NCBI GenBank assembly: GCA_015231175.1
Contig: JADGBZ010000012.1
Span: 11,509 to 75,508, forward strand
DNA: 64,000 nt
From: Magnetococcales bacterium
GTDB taxonomy: Bacteria; Pseudomonadota; Magnetococcia; Magnetococcales; DC0425bin3
Direction: 5' to 3'
Positions within the stretch are counted from its first letter, which is position 1, and each line of letters starts with the position of its first letter. Shown here one piece after another: positions 19,064 through 28,479 of the stretch. The notes under the pieces are model-generated. The model ran no database searches. It saw nothing but the letters and a program-made list of their open reading frames with translations, and was not told the DNA's origin. The position numbers and the translations under genes were made by a program.

Positions 19064-21012
19064 AGCGCTTCCAGAGAATCCTCCTCCTGGTGGGATGGGT
19101 CGGCAAATTTTTCTCTGACTTCCAGAATGGCCGGAAGGATCCTGGAAAACAGATCCACGAGGCTGGGATCGAAGTGCGTTCCGGAACACCGTTGCAACTC
19201 GGCCATGGCCTGTGGGACAGACCAGGCTTCCTTGTAGGGACGTTTTGAGGTCAAGGCATCGAAAACGTCCGTCACGGCGCTGATACGCCCTTCGAGGGGG
19301 ATCCCCTCCCCTCGCAAGCCGTAGGGGTAGCCCGACCCATCCCACTTTTCATGATGGGTCAAGGCGATGATGTGCGCCGTTTTGAGAGGTTCTTCGTCGT
19401 GACCAAACAACATATGGGCGCCAATGGTGGTATGGGTCTTCATGATGGCATACTCCTCTTCGGTCAGACGCCCCCTCTTGAGGAGAATGGCATCGGTGAT
19501 GCCAATTTTGCCAACGTCATGCATCGGCGCCGCATTGAGGAGGATTTCGCACCGGTCATCGTCCAGACCGGTCGCCTTGCCCAACAAAGCTGCAAAGCGA
19601 CTCATGCGAATGATGTGCATCCCGGTTTCGTTATCCCGAAACTCCGAAGCCATGCCCAAACGGTGGATAATCTCCAATCGGGTTTCCTTGAGGGCCTTGT
19701 GGGTACTTTCCAGCACCTCTTCCATTTTGCGCCGCTGAATGATGGTCGCCAGGGTCTGGGAAATGGTGTGCAAAATGCCCTCTTCCTCGTGATTGAAGGG
19801 GTGTCCGTCGGGAAGAAGGATGGATAGAACCCCCAATAGCTGCCGGTGAAACAGGATAGGGACACAGTAGTGGCCATGGGGCTGGATCTCCGTCAAGTGA
19901 CGGTCATGGCGCAGATCGCGCCAATTGGCGAAAACGGTTGTTCGGGTGGTTGCCGCCAGACCACACAGGCAACTTCCATAGGGAACCTGTGCGCAAGCTT
20001 CGGCAAGGTTGCCCTGGTGCGTTTTTTGGACAGCCAAATGCAGCACTTGGGTCCGCTCATCTGCCAAAAAAATGCCTCCTCCCATGCGTGCGGCAAACCA
20101 GGGCAGGGTGTGGATGATCTCCAGGGCGACCTCCAACTGACGTGTCAGCGTGAGGGGTTCCAAAGCAGTCTCCAGCAAAGCACTGATGGCCACACGATTC
20201 TGCATGGCCCGCTCCCGTTCCTGCTCCAGCCGTTTACGTTTGGTGATGTTGCGCATGATGCCGGAAAAGAAGAGCTGCCCGCCCGCCTCCCACATGGCGA
20301 GAGTCGCCTCCAGAGGAAATTCCTCCCCTCCCTTGTGCAGTCCGACCAATTCAACCGTGGTGCCAGACAAACACAACTCCCTGCTGCCGACCGCTCGACC
20401 AAAGCCCAGAAGGTGAGAGCTGCGCAGCCTCTGGGGCATCAACATGGTAAGGGATTGGTGGAGAACCTCCGTCTCGGTATAGCCAAAGGCCTCCTGGGCG
20501 CTCCGGTTCCATAGGATGATTCGGCCCTCCGCGTCAGCCGTAACGATGGCGTGTGCAGAGGAGTGGACAATGGAACGAAATCGCCCCTCGCTCTCAAGAA
20601 TTTTACGTTCGAGGTGGCGACGTTGCAGGAGGTTGGCAATCCGGTGGCGCAGAAGCGCCCAGTTGATCGGTTTTGTGATGAACTCCTCCACCCCAAGGCG
20701 GAAAGCCTGATCCACCGACTCCTCGTCGGCCAGACCGGTCACCATGATGATGGGAACCCTCTTGTCCGTGTCCAGTTTGCACAGCTCTTGCGTGGCTTGG
20801 AAGCCACTCATCCCCGGCATATTGGCATCCATGAGAACCAAGTCGGGCCGGCGCGTGCGAAACATCTGGATCGCCTGGTGACCGCTTTCGGCCAGGAGAG
20901 GGAGGAAGCCGTTTTTTTCCAAAAATCGGCTCAGCAACAGCCGCATATCCGGATCGTCATCCGTGACCAGAATGCAGGGAAGAGAGTCGCCGACGTTCAG
21001 GGGATCCACCAT
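19045..21012 (-). CDS. Response regulator with PAS, GAF and HD-GYP output domains
   Basis: REC (ILVTDDDPDMR, DLVLMDANMPGMSG), PAS, GAF, then HD-GYP (HDVGKIGI ... HHEKWDGSGYP). ATG 21012 has GAGAGG 7 nt upstream. Confidence 0.85.
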   Translation of the reverse strand: MVDPLNVGDSLPCILVTDDDPDMRLLLSRFLEKNGFLPLLAESGHQAIQMFRTRRPDLVLMDANMPGMSGFQATQELCKLDTDKRVPIIMVTGLADEESVDQAFRLGVEEFITKPINWALLRHRIANLLQRRHLERKILESEGRFRSIVHSSAHAIVTADAEGRIILWNRSAQEAFGYTETEVLHQSLTMLMPQRLRSSHLLGFGRAVGSRELCLSGTTVELVGLHKGGEEFPLEATLAMWEAGGQLFFSGIMRNITKRKRLEQERERAMQNRVAISALLETALEPLTLTRQLEVALEIIHTLPWFAARMGGGIFLADERTQVLHLAVQKTHQGNLAEACAQVPYGSCLCGLAATTRTTVFANWRDLRHDRHLTEIQPHGHYCVPILFHRQLLGVLSILLPDGHPFNHEEEGILHTISQTLATIIQRRKMEEVLESTHKALKETRLEIIHRLGMASEFRDNETGMHIIRMSRFAALLGKATGLDDDRCEILLNAAPMHDVGKIGITDAILLKRGRLTEEEYAIMKTHTTIGAHMLFGHDEEPLKTAHIIALTHHEKWDGSGYPYGLRGEGIPLEGRISAVTDVFDALTSKRPYKEAWSVPQAMAELQRCSGTHFDPSLVDLFSRILPAILEVREKFADPSHQEEDSLEALQSLGM

Positions 21013-21309
21013 ACGCAGACCTCTCTTTGGCCAACCCGGGCAACCGCCAACAATTCGTTCATGGCATGTTACCACATTCCAGGCTGCGTTAACACTTTTT
21101 CTACCAATTTTCATGTTGTTGTATGACTTAGGCCATGTTGGCAGGAAAATTGCGAAACACTGTCACAGGTGCCCCTCCAGAGGGGATGCCCCCTGATGGT
21201 GGATTATAAGTATCTGATCATAAAGCATGTGTACAGAACAGGTTTGTTTTTTACGACGGATCGCATTACCTTACCATCCTGCAAACCACAACGACGGGAA
21301 AAGGGTGTC

Positions 21310-22425
21310 ATGTTGCCAACATGTTGCAGAACCGGGACGGCTAGAATTCTCTTCATTCTCCTGGTATTGGCTGGGGTGTTCGGCCCCTTTTCGACTTATG
21401 CAGCCGATGAGCGTCAGCAACTGTCTGCTGCTCATGTGCAAAAGGTCTCCTTACAAAAATTGACGCATAAGTCAAAAAAATTGGGGAAGAAGCACGTTAG
21501 CAAGACAAAACAGCGGTCGAAGAATGCCCGACATGCCAGGGCAGTCGTCGATCCAGCGGCCAACTACGCCGACCTGGTCATTGACGCCAGAACGGGCCGC
21601 ATTCTGCATGCGACCAGCCCGGACGAGCTTCGTCATCCCGCTTCTCTGACCAAAATGATGACGCTCTATCTGGCATTCGATGCCCTGAAAAGGGGTCAGC
21701 TGCGTCTTGACCAACAACTGCCCATCTCGCCAAACGCAGCCAACCAGGAACCTTCCAAACTGGGCCTGAAAGTTGGCCGGCAAATCCGCGTCGAGGATGC
21801 CCTGTTGGGGCTGGTCACCAAATCCGCCAACGATGCCACGGTCGTGTTGGCCGAGGCCATGGGCCAAAGTGAAGATGGATTCGTGCGCTTGATGAACGAC
21901 AAAGCCCGGGATTTGGGGATGACCCACACAGTATTCCGCAACTCATCCGGCCTGCCAGACCCTGACCAGGTCTCCACCGCACGCGATATGGCCGTTCTTG
22001 GGTATGCCCTTATCTATCATCATCCACAGTTCTATCCCTACTTCAGCCGCGAGGCGTTCACCTACGCAGGTGTGCATCACAACAACCACAACCACTTGAT
22101 GAGCCGCTATCAAGGCATGGATGGCATCAAAACCGGGTACACCCGTGCCTCTGGCTTTAACCTTGTGGGATCGACGGTGCGTGGGTCGACACGATTGATC
22201 GCTGTCGTCTTTGGTGGCCGTTCTGCCGTAGCTCGGGACAATAGGGTGGAAGCTTTGCTGGATCAGGCTTTCGCTCAATTGCAAAGTGAGCGCTCGTTTC
22301 AGCAGGTAGCGTCGGTCCGCGGCAACGCAGCGGGGACCACTCCAGGCCGGGTTGCTGTTCCCCTCAAGGCGCCGGTCAATGCCGGACCGCGTCAGAGTGT
22401 GCCTGGAAAGTTCGACAACTCCTGA
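21310..22425 (+). CDS. D-alanyl-D-alanine carboxypeptidase (peptidase S11, PBP5/6-like)
   Basis: SxxK (ASLTKMMT), SxN (KSAND), KTG (IKTGYT). A signal peptide follows the internal ATG at 21310. Confidence 0.85.
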   Translation: MLPTCCRTGTARILFILLVLAGVFGPFSTYAADERQQLSAAHVQKVSLQKLTHKSKKLGKKHVSKTKQRSKNARHARAVVDPAANYADLVIDARTGRILHATSPDELRHPASLTKMMTLYLAFDALKRGQLRLDQQLPISPNAANQEPSKLGLKVGRQIRVEDALLGLVTKSANDATVVLAEAMGQSEDGFVRLMNDKARDLGMTHTVFRNSSGLPDPDQVSTARDMAVLGYALIYHHPQFYPYFSREAFTYAGVHHNNHNHLMSRYQGMDGIKTGYTRASGFNLVGSTVRGSTRLIAVVFGGRSAVARDNRVEALLDQAFAQLQSERSFQQVASVRGNAAGTTPGRVAVPLKAPVNAGPRQSVPGKFDNS

Positions 22426-22432
22426 CCGCACC

Positions 22433-22485
22433 GCTTCGCCCCAAACCCCACCAGGACACTGTCCTGGTGGGTGGGGTGCAACTAC
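22433..22485 (+). repeat. MITE-like short element D (core + hairpin + terminal repeat; middle deleted)
   Basis: GCTTCGCCCCAAACCCCACCAGGACACTGTCCTGGTGGGTGGGGTGCAACTAC, 8 nt after the carboxypeptidase stop. Confidence 0.7.
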
Positions 22486-22575
22486 AAAACGGCGCGATTT
22501 TTGCTTGAAATATTTCCGACGGTTGACCATGCATCATCAATCAGCATCGGACTGGCCAAAGGATCCCTGGAGATC

Positions 22576-22857
22576 ATGCGCGACATCGAGCCGAACGAAT
22601 CCCTGCCCCCCCTCTTGAGCGCCGAATTGCGCAGCCTTCTCCGTTGGGCTGACCGGGTGGATAACGACAGCGCCTGGGCACATTGGCGCAATCTGGAGTG
22701 CATCATGGGGCCGCTGCTGGTCTCGGGTGCTCCAGAGAGCTTTGCGGGACAGCCCCAACTTTCCCAGGAGATACCTCCCCCCCTTCCACCCCGTACCGTG
22801 AGAGAAGTGGAAAAAAATGCCTCCGTAGCCATGCCATCGACACGTCTCGTTTCGTAA
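22576..22857 (+). CDS. Hypothetical protein (weak call)
   Basis: Only an ORF with GGAG shortly upstream of ATG 22576. No recognisable domain, and opposite-strand ORFs of similar length exist. Confidence 0.25.
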   Translation: MRDIEPNESLPPLLSAELRSLLRWADRVDNDSAWAHWRNLECIMGPLLVSGAPESFAGQPQLSQEIPPPLPPRTVREVEKNASVAMPSTRLVS

Positions 22858-23082
22858 CACAGGCCTGAAAGCATCCTGACGCTCAGTTGTTCCATGTTCC
22901 GGTCAGGATATTGGATACAGAGTCAGACCTGGCGCCGGCAAGGGATTCTCCCTCCCTGATTCCCTCTTGCTCCCCTTCCCGGTTTCATGATTCCAGGCTG
23001 AGAGTGTGGCTCTGTTGACGCATCTCCCTCAAGCGCCATTTTTTTGTCGGCGCAGAAGGGTGGGTGCTCCCTGGAATGGGAA

Positions 23083-23997
23083 TCACTCCCACTTTTTGGG
23101 GGTGGTGTCTGGGAGTTTCTCGGTGTCGTCGGTCGGTTGCCGTGGCGCAAACGCAGGCGGCAACCCAGCTTCCGGGTTGGGGGTTTTGCCCTGATCCATC
23201 TCGGCCAGCGCTTTGATGGCACCGGCATAGCCCTGTTTTGCCGCCAGTTCAAACCATTGTCTGGCTACAGCGCGATCCATGGGGAGAGCCTTGCCAAGGG
23301 CATGGTGGAACCCCATCATGGTCTGTGCAGCCGGAACGCCTCGTTCGGCAGCCTTGCGGCACCACTCCAGGGAGAGCTTCTGATCAGCCGGGACAATAGT
23401 TCCCTCCGCATAAATGGAACACAGGTAAGCCTGGGCAATCGGATGTTGGTTTTCCTGAGCCGCTGTCTGAAACCATTTCAGGGCCTCGTTGTTGTCCTGT
23501 GGGACATCCGTTCCTCCAAGGTAAAGAAAACCGAGTCGGGCCTGGGACTCCGCATGCCCTTGTTGTGCTGCCCTGCGGTACCACTGTGCAGCTTTCAACG
23601 GATCCCTGACGACCCCCTGCCCCTCCTCAAGCATACGACCAACCAAAAACTGGGCACGCGGGTCATCCTTCTCTGCAATGTGGAGAAAAAGGCTGTAGGC
23701 CATGTTGGCATAACCGCTTTTCAGAGCCACGACCGCTTCTTGAAAATCTTTCTCTTGATTGGGATCCTGACGCGAGGCGCTTCCGCCAACAATGGGCCAT
23801 ATCATCATGAATAACAATGCAAACCAAACATGTGCCGATTTTCCGACGCTGCTTCCCGGTTTGGACCCTTGCAAAAGGGATAAAAGCGATAATTTCTTGA
23901 CGACCATGATCCGCATCACCCATGAACTGTTGAATTTATTGTGACTTCCAAACATACCCCACCTGGAACGGAAGCTGCATTTACCGGCCATGAACAC
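23083..23997 (-). CDS. Sel1-repeat (TPR-like) protein with N-terminal membrane anchor
   Basis: Consecutive Sel1 repeats (AQFLVGRMLEEGQGVVRDPLKAAQWYRRAAQQGHAESQARLGFLY...). TM-like segment HVWFALLFMMIWPIVGG. Start uncertain (23997 or 23916). Confidence 0.75.
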   Translation of the reverse strand: MFMAGKCSFRSRWGMFGSHNKFNSSWVMRIMVVKKLSLLSLLQGSKPGSSVGKSAHVWFALLFMMIWPIVGGSASRQDPNQEKDFQEAVVALKSGYANMAYSLFLHIAEKDDPRAQFLVGRMLEEGQGVVRDPLKAAQWYRRAAQQGHAESQARLGFLYLGGTDVPQDNNEALKWFQTAAQENQHPIAQAYLCSIYAEGTIVPADQKLSLEWCRKAAERGVPAAQTMMGFHHALGKALPMDRAVARQWFELAAKQGYAGAIKALAEMDQGKTPNPEAGLPPAFAPRQPTDDTEKLPDTTPKKWE

Positions 23998-24037
23998 CCA
24001 CCAATCCGTTCTGCATGAACATGAAAGATGAACAGCG

Positions 24038-24244
24038 ATGGACTTTCACATCATAGCCAAAAAGAACGACTTCAGAATCTACGACCTGGATGACCGGCAA
24101 TACGTGGTGGTGGGACTCAAGACGTTGGAAGATGCCCAAAGGGTTCATCGCAAGCTCCTCAAACTGAGGGAAGCGATTGCCAAACTGCCGGCCAAACAGC
24201 AGGTTCCGAGTTCCCGCGTTGCTCCTCAAGCCGAGAGTGCCTGA
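24038..24244 (+). CDS. Small hypothetical protein (weak call)
   Basis: 68-aa ORF with no clear Shine-Dalgarno sequence. A 10-bp stem hairpin follows it at about 24268..24299. Confidence 0.3.
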   Translation: MDFHIIAKKNDFRIYDLDDRQYVVVGLKTLEDAQRVHRKLLKLREAIAKLPAKQQVPSSRVAPQAESA

Positions 24245-24370
24245 AGAGTTACCGGACCGTGTACCCCTCCGGTGGGAGATTTGGATCCCCACCGGAGAAC
24301 TCTCCTCCGACCTCTGTCCTGTCCTCCCTTCTCTTCTCCCCCGCTTGCCCTTGATCCAGCCCGACTGACC

Positions 24371-24460
24371 CTCTCGCCGTGCGCACGTTCGCCACGCCCG
24401 GCAACGATGCCCGTTCTCTCGCCATGCGCACATTCGCCACGCTCGGCAGCAATCAAGGAT
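24371..24460. repeat. Imperfect 45-bp tandem duplication
   Basis: CTCTCGCCGTGCGCACGTTCGCCACGCCCGGCAACG... is followed by CTCTCGCCATGCGCACATTCGCCACGCTCGGCAGCA.... The second unit reaches the stop of the CheY-like gene. Confidence 0.6.
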
Positions 24461-24965
24461 CGTCGTTGCCTGGCAATCCACGGGTGAGGCTGTTCAACTC
24501 CCGCATCTCCTCAGGCGACAAAATCTGCCCCATGGAGCTTGGCGGGTCTGTTTCGGAAGTATGGGCAAGGAGGTTTTTCTCTTCCTGGGCACGCACGACC
24601 TTCAGATTGCGCTCCCAGGCCCGGAGCTTGGCCTCCAAAAGGTTTTGATTGAAGGGTTTGGTGATCAGGTCATCACCACCCGAATCAAGACATTGGGCCA
24701 GATCATACGCATCCGTCATGGCTGTCAGGAAAAGAATCGGTACGAACCGGCCTGCACAGAGACGCTTGATTTCGCGTGCAACCTGGCAGCCGTCCATATT
24801 GGGCATGCAGACATCCAGGATCACCAGATCTGGACCGTCAACCTGGAATCGTTCAATTCCACTCGGACCATCGAAGGCCTGGAGAATCTCATAACCATCG
24901 TCGTGCAATATCTCGGCAATCAGGATATTCACGAGCCGGTCGTCGTCGATGACCAGAACTTTCAT
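24453..24965 (-). CDS. CheY-like response regulator (REC only, short C-terminal tail)
   Basis: MKVLVIDDD, phospho-acceptor context LVILDVCMPNMDG, LTA, and K in ITKPF. Confidence 0.85.
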   Translation of the reverse strand: MKVLVIDDDRLVNILIAEILHDDGYEILQAFDGPSGIERFQVDGPDLVILDVCMPNMDGCQVAREIKRLCAGRFVPILFLTAMTDAYDLAQCLDSGGDDLITKPFNQNLLEAKLRAWERNLKVVRAQEEKNLLAHTSETDPPSSMGQILSPEEMRELNSLTRGLPGNDDP

Positions 24966-25233
24966 TCCAACATCCCCCTTCTGCCCCCTCTTGCGGGAAC
25001 ATTTTCTCGGGAAGAGGAGTTTTCAAGGGAAAACAATAACAAACAATGTGACCAAAATCCAGGTTTCCCGTATATTGCCAGCTTTCATGCAACTGTCAGC
25101 ACCCGACAACGGATCGGGGTCAGAGTGCCGAATAGTTGCGTTTTTGTGAGAATTCGATCAAGTGATCCTTCGCTGCGGTCGATGAAAGGGTCAGGGAGCA
25201 AGAGGAAAACTTTCAAACAGCAGGGAGAGTCCA

Positions 25234-25392
25234 ATGGAACGCCGCAATGAACCGATGGGTGGAAGCGATCCCATTTCTCAATCCATTCGTGAGTTCGAAC
25301 TCGTGGTCAAGTCTCTGAATGCGCTGTTCGATGAGCTGGGCAAACAGTACCTGGAGCATGTCCCGCAGCCCTCCCGAAAAAAGTTCAGTTGA
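25234..25392 (+). CDS. Small ORF, 52 aa (below the ORF-track cutoff; weak call)
   Basis: My translation: MERRNEPMGGSDPISQSIREFELVVKSLNALFDELGKQYLEHVPQPSRKKFS. GGGAGAG lies 4 nt before the ATG. No family recognised. Confidence 0.25.
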   Translation: MERRNEPMGGSDPISQSIREFELVVKSLNALFDELGKQYLEHVPQPSRKKFS

Positions 25393-25540
25393 TTGGGTTT
25401 GACACCTCTTTCTGGCCGCCCAAACCCTTCGGCGCGGTCTCTCCGCTTCGGCCATCCCACCCCACGGGGGTGGCCGAAGATGGCGGGGACTTTGGGGTGC
25501 ACCCCTGCCACAGGGTTCAGCCCGGCCTGACGAGGCGTGG

Positions 25541-26950
25541 TCAACCCAGCCTGTCAAGGCGCCGGGCGCGAAAACGGACACCCAAAGATTCGGCAAGGTG
25601 GTGACAAGCAGCAATATCCACACCCTCAGCCCCGTCAATGGCCGTCGCGGTCACATCCGGGACGTGGGCACGCACGGCGCGTATGAAGGCGAGCATGCCC
25701 TCATATGAGCCCGCCAGGGATGGTCGGCAAAGTCGGTCGTAAGTGGCTTGGTTCTGTGCAGTGAGGGAAACGGAAACAGCGTCGATCACTCCGTGAAATT
25801 TCGGAGTCACATCCTCACGATAAAGCAAATTGGCCAGGCCATCCGTGTTCAGCCGTACACGGCGCCCCCCCCGGCGTTTGATCTCGGCGGCGACATCCAG
25901 AATCACCGCCAGGCGTAACGTCGGTTCGCCAAAACCGCAGAAGACAACCTCGTCATAACCGGATACCTCCCCCATGGCTTCGATCAGCTCAGCTGCCGAG
26001 GGGTTGCGAGTCAAGGTCAGGTCATACTCGTGGACCTCCGGTTCGTCACGCCACTTGGGGCAATATTGACAGCGAAGGGTGCAACCCCGGGTCACATTCA
26101 GGTAGAGCCCCTGGCCAATGGTATAGGCCAGAAGGCCCGGAGAAGTGGCAGACACCCCACCCCCTCCCGATGTGCCGATGCGAAAAAGTTTGCGATAGTT
26201 TCGAGTTGTGGCAGCAGCAAACACTGCCAGAGGGATCTGGCGCCACTCCGCCAAAGTGCGTGCCACATGCACGACATACGCTGGAACGTTGCGCTTACCC
26301 CGGAACGGTACCGGCGTCAGGTAGGGCGCATCTGTCTCGATCAACATGCGTTCCAGGGGTATCCCGGAGGCTATGTCACGCAAAGCATGGGCGTTGCGGA
26401 AGGTGACGACACCCGAAAACGAGAGATGAAAACCCCGCAACAAAGCCCAATCGGCCAACTCTTGTGAACCCGTAAAGCAGTGGATCACGCCGCCGCGCCC
26501 CGGAATTCCCTCCTCTTCCAGGATACGCCGTGTATCCTCTTCAGCCTCACGGGTATGGACAACCAACGGCAAATCCGCCCGGTGCGCGGCACGAATATGT
26601 TCCCGGAAATGGGCCTCCTGCAAGGGTCGGGGACTCCGGTCATGATGAAAATCAAGACCCGTCTCCCCAATGGCAACCACCTTGGGGTGTTCACACGCTT
26701 CCAGGATGGCCCCGACCGTGACGCTCTCCTCTTCAGCGTAGTGTGGGTGGATCCCGACAGTGGCATACAGGTTGGGAAACCTTTCGGCCATGGCACAGAG
26801 GCGCCCCGCATCCTTCAAACGTGTGCCCACCGTCGTGACAAAACCAACACCTGCGGACTGGGCGTCTAAAAATACCTGCTCCCACTCTCCCTGAAAATCC
26901 GGAAAATCGAGGTGGGCGTGGCTGTCAGCAAAAACCATGGCGCTGCTCAT
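25541..26950 (-). CDS. TatD-family hydrolase fused to a C-terminal radical SAM domain
   Basis: N-terminal TatD motifs (FADSHAHLDF, GIHPH, AIGETGLD, VHTREA, IETDAPY). C-terminal CxxxCxxC cluster (GCTLRCQYCPKW) plus GFGEPTL. ATG at 26950; the longer ORF-track start overlaps the upstream gene. Confidence 0.85.
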   Translation of the reverse strand: MSSAMVFADSHAHLDFPDFQGEWEQVFLDAQSAGVGFVTTVGTRLKDAGRLCAMAERFPNLYATVGIHPHYAEEESVTVGAILEACEHPKVVAIGETGLDFHHDRSPRPLQEAHFREHIRAAHRADLPLVVHTREAEEDTRRILEEEGIPGRGGVIHCFTGSQELADWALLRGFHLSFSGVVTFRNAHALRDIASGIPLERMLIETDAPYLTPVPFRGKRNVPAYVVHVARTLAEWRQIPLAVFAAATTRNYRKLFRIGTSGGGGVSATSPGLLAYTIGQGLYLNVTRGCTLRCQYCPKWRDEPEVHEYDLTLTRNPSAAELIEAMGEVSGYDEVVFCGFGEPTLRLAVILDVAAEIKRRGGRRVRLNTDGLANLLYREDVTPKFHGVIDAVSVSLTAQNQATYDRLCRPSLAGSYEGMLAFIRAVRAHVPDVTATAIDGAEGVDIAACHHLAESLGVRFRARRLDRLG

Positions 26951-26954
26951 GCGT

Positions 26955-28304
26955 TCATCTCTCTCCAGATGGGGCCTTGCCACTCTTTCCTGGCGCCGTT
27001 TTATGGGTAACCTGCTCTTTCTCTGGACTCTTCTTTCTGCGCACACGCCGCCGACGTTTGCGTTTCTCCCCCTCTCCTTCGGCAACCTTCACCTCAGCCC
27101 TCGCCTCGGGCTTCGCTTCGGGCCGTGGCACAGACCGTTTTCCGGAAGAGGCTTTTTCACCTCTCCTTGCAGCAGGGGCCGCACCGGAAGGGGCGGAGAG
27201 AGGAAGAGGGTTCATGACCGGGAGTTCCAACTCCTCCACGACCGCATCACTCTCCTCAGCCACATCCGGATCACCGGCTGGCCGATCTTCCGGATTGACG
27301 TAGGTCAGTTCGGCAATAGTCAAGTTTGCCCTGCCCCCGGTTTCGTCACAAAATTGAACCTCCGCTGTGCCACGGATGGGATGAATGTTGCGGATCTGCA
27401 CCTCCCGGCCATCCTGCGTGCGCATTCGGCAGTTGACCTTGGGCAATGTACCGCGCAACGTCCGGTACAGTTCATTTTCATAACCCAGACAACACATCAG
27501 GCGTCCACACACACCGGAAATGGCATCCGGGTTGAGGGACAACTCCTGATTTTTGGCCATTCTGACCGAAACCGGGTAAAATTTGTCCAAATGTCCCGCA
27601 CAGCAAAAAGTCCGGCCACAGGGCCCGAGACCATTCAGCAACCGGGTCTCATCCCGCACCCCGATTTGCCGCATCTCCACCCGCATCTGGAAATGCCGGG
27701 CCAGGATACGAACCAATTCCCGAAAATCGACGCGATTTTCTGCTGTGAAATAAAAGATCGCCTTGGTGCCATCCGGCATGAAGGTGACCTTGGAAAGCTT
27801 CATGGCCAGACCCAGTTGGCGGATACTCTCTTTGCAGAGTATGCGTGCCTGGAGTTCCCTCTCCTGACACCATTGCCGCCGTTCGTACTCCTCCCCGTCA
27901 AGGGCCCGTTTGATCTGCTTGATCGGACCGGGATAGAGGCGTTCCTGAGCTGGCATCTCCTCCTGGTGGGAGGCAAAAACCACCACGCCGTTCTCTTCGC
28001 CGTGCGAGGTTTGCACCACAACGTTTCCGTTGGCTTGCAACATCTGCATCCTGGCTCCTACCCGATACACCATGCAGGAGTGCGGCAAACGGATCCCGAC
28101 GATCTGCCACACCTCACCTGGAGGAACAGGGACCGGATCCTCACGGACCATGGGTTCCAAAATGACATCCGGAGGAGCAGTCAAATCCTCCCAGGAGTCG
28201 TCCGGCCCATCCTCGGCATCCAGCTTTAAATCAACCGGGATATCTGTAACCGTCTCCTGTGCATCCATTGTGAACGCCACCTTGTCCATCTGCGCTGCAC
28301 CCAT
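26955..28304 (-). CDS. PSP1 domain protein (RicT/YaaT-like) with Lys/Arg-rich C-terminal tail
   Basis: PSP1_C features (GRLMCCLGYENELY, FCCAGHL); basic tail EKRKRRRRVRRKK. Confidence 0.8.
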   Translation of the reverse strand: MGAAQMDKVAFTMDAQETVTDIPVDLKLDAEDGPDDSWEDLTAPPDVILEPMVREDPVPVPPGEVWQIVGIRLPHSCMVYRVGARMQMLQANGNVVVQTSHGEENGVVVFASHQEEMPAQERLYPGPIKQIKRALDGEEYERRQWCQERELQARILCKESIRQLGLAMKLSKVTFMPDGTKAIFYFTAENRVDFRELVRILARHFQMRVEMRQIGVRDETRLLNGLGPCGRTFCCAGHLDKFYPVSVRMAKNQELSLNPDAISGVCGRLMCCLGYENELYRTLRGTLPKVNCRMRTQDGREVQIRNIHPIRGTAEVQFCDETGGRANLTIAELTYVNPEDRPAGDPDVAEESDAVVEELELPVMNPLPLSAPSGAAPAARRGEKASSGKRSVPRPEAKPEARAEVKVAEGEGEKRKRRRRVRRKKSPEKEQVTHKTAPGKSGKAPSGER

Positions 28305-28312
28305 TTACACGT

Positions 28313-28460
28313 GTAATTGTTCGGCACCATTTGAACAAGAGATTGGATATGAAAGCCTTTGTCAGGGCTTCGCCCCGAACTCCACCTGGATTCTGCCTGA
28401 AGCCATGCCAGGGAGCCCACATCCTGGACACCGATGCGTGGCCGGGTGGCGGATCATTGC
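28313..28460 (+). mobile_element. MITE-like element copy E (type 1, diverged full length)
   Basis: GTAATTGTTCGGCACC ... GAAAGCCTTTGTCAGGGCTTCGCCCCGAAC ... GGTGGCGGATCATTGC. It fills the PSP1/holB intergenic space. Confidence 0.7.
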
Positions 28461-28479
28461 CTTAAATTTCTGTTATCAT

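Noticed and set aside
22482-22895. Minus-strand ORFs (22482..22895 and 22537..22860) opposite the weak hypothetical gene at 22576..22857.
   Set aside because: There are no motifs, and the ORFs on the two strands exclude one another. None is convincing, so only the plus-strand ORF is listed, at low confidence.
24268-24299. Hairpin CTCCGGTGGG-N11-CCCACCGGAG as an intrinsic terminator.
   Set aside because: The 10-bp stem is perfect, but no T-run follows on either strand and the upstream ORF itself is doubtful.
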